A DNA stretch of 64,000 nt from Anaerohalosphaeraceae bacterium (GTDB lineage Bacteria > Planctomycetota > Phycisphaerae > Sedimentisphaerales > Anaerohalosphaeraceae): NCBI GenBank assembly GCA_050309605.1, contig JBNRMN010000067.1, positions 128,001 to 192,000 of the forward strand, in the 5' to 3' direction. The notes beneath the pieces are model-generated. The model did not search any database, was not told the DNA's origin, and was given only the letters and a program-made list of their open reading frames with translations. This document shows, piece after piece, positions 55,059-64,000 of this stretch; the stretch's first letter is position 1, and the number at the start of each line of letters is the position of its first letter. The position numbers and the translations under genes were made by a program.

Positions 55059-58000
55059 ATGAGATCACGAACACTCCGTAATTTTGCGAAAATCGCGGAT
55101 GCCATTGAAGTTCCCGATCTGATAGAAGTGCAGCTGAAAGGCTACGAGCGTTTTCTGCAGTCCGATGCGGCGCCGGATCAGCGCGCCGATATCGGTCTGG
55201 AGTCGCTGTTTCGGGAAGTGTTTCCGATCGTCAGCTATGACAAGACGGTTGAGCTGGAATATCTGGGCTACGAGCTGGAGAAGCCGCGTTATACCATTGA
55301 ACAGTGCAAGGAATTGCGTCTGAGCTATGCCTATCCGCTGAAAGTGCACTGTCGGCTGAAACGCAAGGATGCGCCCGATGTGGCCGAGCAGGGGATTTAT
55401 CTGGGCGAGATTCCGGCGATGATCGGCGGCGGCGAGTTTATCATCAACGGGGCCGAGCGTGTCATCGTCAATCAGCTTCACCGCAGTCCGGGTGTGGATT
55501 TTGTGATTGACAACAAGGACGGCGACCGGCTGCTGCACGGGGCGCGGATTATTCCCGAACGCGGAAGCTGGATCGAGATGAGCGTGACCAAAAAAGACGT
55601 GCTGGTGATTCGCATTGACCAGTCCAGCAAGATTCCGGCCACGGCGTTTCTGCGGGCGATGGATGAAAAATACGGCAAGACCGAAGAGATTCTGCGTCTG
55701 TTTTACAAGACCCAGAAGATCAAGACCAAGAAGCTGGAGCCGACGATGTGGGCGGTCGGGCCGGTTGTCGATACCGAAACCGGCGAGATTCTCGTGGAGG
55801 CCGGCACGCAGATCGGCGATGCGATTACGGCGCTTCAGGCCAGCAGTCTGGACGCGGTGGAAGTGATTGCTCAAGTGCTTGATCCGCTGGTACTGAATAC
55901 GGTTGCCGAGGACGGTTGTGAGACGCATGATGAGGCATTGCTGAAGATTTATTCGCGTCTGCGTCCGGGCAACCCGGCCAATCTTGAGAAGGCCAAACAG
56001 CTCTTTGAGGAGAAATTCTACGATACCAATCGGTATCGTCTCGGTGCGGTCGGTCGATTTCGTCTGAATCGCAAGTTCGGCACCGACATTGAGTTGAGCG
56101 AGATGCGGTTGTGTGCTGAGGACTTTTTGCAGACGATGAAGTATATTCTCGGCCTGCGCAACGGCGAAGGGGAGATTGACGATATTGACCATCTGGGCAA
56201 CCGTCGGGTACGGACGATTGATGAGCTGGCGGCCGGCGAGGTGCGCAAAGGCCTGCTCAAGCTGCGGCGAACGGTCCAGGAACGGATGAGTATGAAATCG
56301 CCCGAAGAGATCGCGCGGATCGCGGATCTGGTCAACAGCAAGAGCGTTTCGAGCAGCATTGAGTTTTTCTTCGGTCGGGGTGAACTGAGTCAGGTGGTCG
56401 ATCAGACCAATGCGCTGAGTCAGTTGACGCATGAACGGCGTTTGAGTGCACTGGGGCCGGGCGGGTTGAACCGCAAACGCGCCGGCTTTGAGGTGCGCGA
56501 CGTGCACATCAGTCACTACGGCCGTGTGTGTCCGATTGAGACGCCGGAAGGGACGAACATCGGGCTGATCGTGTCGCTGGGGATATTCTCCAAGGTCGAT
56601 GAATACGGCTTTTTGATTACGCCGTATCGCAAGGTCAAAAATAAGCAGGTCGTCGATGAAATTGCTTATCTGCGGGCCGACGAGGAAATGAAGGCGATTT
56701 TTGCGCCGCCGAGTATGGTCGATACCTCGACCAATCGACTGCACGAAGGGCTGGTGCTGGCGCGGCAGGAAGGCGACTTGACGCAGGTGGACAGCAGTCA
56801 GGTCGATTATGTTGACGTCTCGCCGCGACAGACGGTGGGTGTTTCAGCGGCGTTGATTCCGTTTTTGGAGCACGACGACGCCAACCGCGCGCTGATGGGG
56901 TCCAATATGCAGCGTCAGTCGGTGCCGCTGCTGACCACCGAGCCGCCGCTGGTGGGGACGGGTATGGAAGTGGAAGTAGCCAGGCATTCGAGCATGGTCG
57001 TGCGGGCGCGACAGGCCGGGACGGTCACGGCGGTTGATGGGTCGTGCATCGTGATTGATCAAACCGATGAGTATCCGCTCAGGAAGTTTGTCGGTCTGAA
57101 TGAGCGGACGTGTCTGAATCAAAGGCCCGTCGTGACGCTGGGCCAAAAGGTTGAAAAGGGCCAGATCATCGCCGACGGCGGAGGCACCAGCGAGGGAGTG
57201 CTGGCGCTGGGACGGAATGTGCTGGCGGCATTTGTGCCGTTTGACGGGTATAACTTCGAGGATGCGATTTTGATCAGCGAACGGCTGGTCAAAGACGACG
57301 TGTTCACGAGTGTTCATATTGATGAGTTCAGCATTGAAGTGCGCGAGACCAAGCTGGGGCGTGAAGAATTCACGCGGGATATTCCCAACGTCAGCGAAAA
57401 GGCGCTGCGCAATCTGGATGAATACGGCGTCGTCCGCGAAGGGACGCGGGTTGCGCCGGGCGATATTCTGGTCGGCAAGGTGTCGCCCAAGAGCAAGACC
57501 GAACTGACGCCGGAAGAAAAGCTGCTGCATGCGATTTTCGGACGCGCCGGCGAAGATGTCAAAAACGATTCACTGGAGGTGCCGCACGGCTACGAAGGCG
57601 TGGTCATCAAGACGCGGCATTTCCGCCGTCGGGCTGCCGAGACCGACGAGCAGCGCAAGCTCCTCAAAGAGCAGATGAAGCGCCGCGAGCGCGAAATGAC
57701 CGCCCGCGAATGCGAGGTGTTCAAACGGATGATGGAGACGATTCATTCGGAGCTGCAGATTGAGGTGGTCGATCCGACCAGTCGTCAGAAGGTCGGCGCC
57801 AGCGACGATGTGGATGTGATTTATGAGCAGATTGAAAACTTTGATATTGAATGGGTCAAGCCTGCATCCAAACGCGGCGACGCGCAGAAGATCGTCGATC
57901 GGTATTGGCCCAAGCTGGTGGAACTGAAAGACCAGAAGAAGCGCGAGCTGGAGCGGCTCAAACACGGCGACGAGCTGCCCAGCGGGGTGCTGGAGATGGT

Positions 58001-58814
58001 CAAGGTTTATATTGCGACCAAACGGACGTTGTCGGTCGGCGACAAGATGGCCGGACGGCACGGTAACAAGGGCGTGATCGCCAAGATTATGCCGGTGGAA
58101 GATATGCCGTATCTTGAGGACGGTACGCCGGTGGATCTCTGTCTGAATCCGCTGGGCGTGCCCAGTCGTATGAACGTCGGTCAGATTCTGGAAACGCTGT
58201 TGGGCTGGTCGGCCAACGTGCTGGGCTTTCGCGCGATCACGCCGGTGTTTGCCGGCGCCAGCGAGGATGACATTGTCGCGGCGATCGAAGAGGCCAACGC
58301 CCATGTTCGCAGTCGGGTTCAGGAGATTGAGCAGCAAAAGGCCGTACCGCCGGCGGATGAGATTTTTGCGCAGATGCCGCCGTCGCTCAAGATGCCGCTG
58401 TATGACGGACGAACGGGCGAGCCGTTTTTGCAGGAAGTGACGGTCGGGTATATGTATATTCTGAAGCTGCACCATCTGGTGGACGACAAGATTCACGCGC
58501 GTTCGACCGGACCGTACAGCCTGATTACGCAGCAGCCGCTGGGCGGCAAGGCGCGAACGGGCGGACAGCGTTTCGGCGAGATGGAAGTCTGGGCGCTGGA
58601 GGCGTACGGTGCGGCCTATACGCTTCAGGAATTGCTGACGGTCAAGAGCGACGACATCGAAGGCCGGACCAAGATTTATGAGTCGATGGTCAAGGGCACG
58701 AACACCCTTGAGGCCGGTACGCCGATTTCGTTTGATGTCTTGTGCAATGAAATTCGCGGGCTGGGCCTGAATATCCAGCTTGAAAAGAAACGGATCGGCG
58801 TAACGCCCTTGTAA
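55059..58814 (+). CDS. rpoB: RNA polymerase beta subunit
   Basis: [47 protein letters not shown]. Confidence 0.99.
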   Translation: MRSRTLRNFAKIADAIEVPDLIEVQLKGYERFLQSDAAPDQRADIGLESLFREVFPIVSYDKTVELEYLGYELEKPRYTIEQCKELRLSYAYPLKVHCRLKRKDAPDVAEQGIYLGEIPAMIGGGEFIINGAERVIVNQLHRSPGVDFVIDNKDGDRLLHGARIIPERGSWIEMSVTKKDVLVIRIDQSSKIPATAFLRAMDEKYGKTEEILRLFYKTQKIKTKKLEPTMWAVGPVVDTETGEILVEAGTQIGDAITALQASSLDAVEVIAQVLDPLVLNTVAEDGCETHDEALLKIYSRLRPGNPANLEKAKQLFEEKFYDTNRYRLGAVGRFRLNRKFGTDIELSEMRLCAEDFLQTMKYILGLRNGEGEIDDIDHLGNRRVRTIDELAAGEVRKGLLKLRRTVQERMSMKSPEEIARIADLVNSKSVSSSIEFFFGRGELSQVVDQTNALSQLTHERRLSALGPGGLNRKRAGFEVRDVHISHYGRVCPIETPEGTNIGLIVSLGIFSKVDEYGFLITPYRKVKNKQVVDEIAYLRADEEMKAIFAPPSMVDTSTNRLHEGLVLARQEGDLTQVDSSQVDYVDVSPRQTVGVSAALIPFLEHDDANRALMGSNMQRQSVPLLTTEPPLVGTGMEVEVARHSSMVVRARQAGTVTAVDGSCIVIDQTDEYPLRKFVGLNERTCLNQRPVVTLGQKVEKGQIIADGGGTSEGVLALGRNVLAAFVPFDGYNFEDAILISERLVKDDVFTSVHIDEFSIEVRETKLGREEFTRDIPNVSEKALRNLDEYGVVREGTRVAPGDILVGKVSPKSKTELTPEEKLLHAIFGRAGEDVKNDSLEVPHGYEGVVIKTRHFRRRAAETDEQRKLLKEQMKRREREMTARECEVFKRMMETIHSELQIEVVDPTSRQKVGASDDVDVIYEQIENFDIEWVKPASKRGDAQKIVDRYWPKLVELKDQKKRELERLKHGDELPSGVLEMVKVYIATKRTLSVGDKMAGRHGNKGVIAKIMPVEDMPYLEDGTPVDLCLNPLGVPSRMNVGQILETLLGWSANVLGFRAITPVFAGASEDDIVAAIEEANAHVRSRVQEIEQQKAVPPADEIFAQMPPSLKMPLYDGRTGEPFLQEVTVGYMYILKLHHLVDDKIHARSTGPYSLITQQPLGGKARTGGQRFGEMEVWALEAYGAAYTLQELLTVKSDDIEGRTKIYESMVKGTNTLEAGTPISFDVLCNEIRGLGLNIQLEKKRIGVTPL

Positions 58815-58849
58815 GAATTAAGAATTAAGAATTCAAAATTAAGAATTAA
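58813..58849 (+). repeat. AAGAATT 7-mer tandem repeat between rpoB and rpoC
   Basis: aagaatt aagaatt aagaatt caaaatt aagaatt. Confidence 0.8.
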
Positions 58850-58882
58850 TGATAAGTGGACGTTAAATCGGAGTAGAGCCAC

Positions 58883-63157
<4,275 letters not shown>

Positions 63158-63275
63158 GGGATATGCGATTCAAGGGATGATTTTACATCTTGTCGAAATT
63201 CGGATAAGAGACAAAAATCCGTGCTTATATTTAAGGTGAAAGAGAGATGAACATAAAGAAGTTTTTGGAGAGAAT

Positions 63276-63644
63276 ATGCCAACTATAAATCAGTTAGTGA
63301 GCAAAGGCCGAAAGGGAAAAGGCAAAAAGCGCGTTTCGGATATCGCCGGCTCGCCGCAGAAGCGTGGTGTGTGTCTGATCGTGCGGACGCAGACGCCCAA
63401 GAAGCCCAATTCCGCGTTACGTAAGATCGCTCGTGTGCGTCTGACCAACGGCAAGGAAGTGACGGCTTATATTCCGGGCATTGATCACAACCTGCAGGAA
63501 CACAGTACGGTGCTGATCCGGGGTGGTCGAGTACGGGACCTGCCGGGTGTGCGTTATCATATTGTTCGCGGCGTGCTGGATACCGGCGGGGTGAGCGGGC
63601 GCAAGCAGGGACGCAGCAAGTATGGCGCCAAACAGGGCAAATAG
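63276..63644 (+). CDS. rpsL: 30S ribosomal protein S12
   Basis: [22 protein letters not shown]. Confidence 0.99.
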   Translation: MPTINQLVSKGRKGKGKKRVSDIAGSPQKRGVCLIVRTQTPKKPNSALRKIARVRLTNGKEVTAYIPGIDHNLQEHSTVLIRGGRVRDLPGVRYHIVRGVLDTGGVSGRKQGRSKYGAKQGK

Positions 63645-63761
63645 AAAATATTAGGAATCTAAAATATTCAAAGACAGCCTTTGGTCGTTACGGGTTTTCA
63701 GGATAAAAGAACAGCGGGTTTCAGATCTGCGATTAAGGTTACTTGTATAAGGTAAAATGGC

Positions 63762-64000
63762 ATGGCCAAGAAATTTACAGCGTCGTATGAACAATTAAAA
63801 CCGGATCCGGTTTATCAAAGTAAGCTGGCGTCCAAGTTTATTAATTGCCTGATGTGGGACGGCAAAAAGAGCGTTGCATCGAATGTTTTTTATGATGCAA
63901 TGAAAGAAATCGAGAAGAAGATTTCAGATGTGTCGCCGATTGAGGTGTTTGAGACGGCGGTCAACAATGTCAAGCCGATGCTTGAGGTTCGCAGTAAGCG
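63762..64000 (+). CDS. rpsG: 30S ribosomal protein S7 (3'-truncated by window edge)
   Basis: [38 protein letters not shown]. Confidence 0.95.
   Translation, partial: MAKKFTASYEQLKPDPVYQSKLASKFINCLMWDGKKSVASNVFYDAMKEIEKKISDVSPIEVFETAVNNVKPMLEVRSK

Overview
64 kb of a GC-rich bacterial chromosome, most likely a planctomycete of the Phycisphaerae/Sedimentisphaerales type (inferred from DUF1559-type prepilins, dockerin-like and PEP-CTERM tails, and an oversized sigma-70). The right third is the core tRNA-Thr-tuf-rpmG-tRNA-Trp-secE-nusG-rplKAJL-rpoBC-rpsLG cluster. The rest mixes housekeeping genes (proC, P5C dehydrogenase, queA, ftsY, ribF, nrnA, rodA/ftsW, purD), glycoside hydrolases and a fused EtfBA plus ETF-QO with accessory loci. 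Highlights: (1) a Sec-exported protein in which an apparently intact C39 peptidase is followed in cis by a double-glycine leader motif and an 86-aa, 8-cysteine tail, i.e. a candidate self-processing peptide precursor. It sits in an ECF sigma/anti-sigma locus tied together by three copies of an 18-bp promoter-like motif. (2) A Fur/Zur-type metal operon with a perfect 9-1-9 operator and a CxxC...RAPP leader-type protein upstream of a prepilin and two His-motif surface proteins. (3) A pervasive set of 7- and 9-nt-period repeats at gene junctions that bracket decaying four-helix-bundle and toxin-antitoxin cassettes and occur empty inside ribosomal operons. (4) A 4-unit REP-doublet array and several candidate ncRNAs. 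All family calls come from motif recognition by eye; no searches were run.
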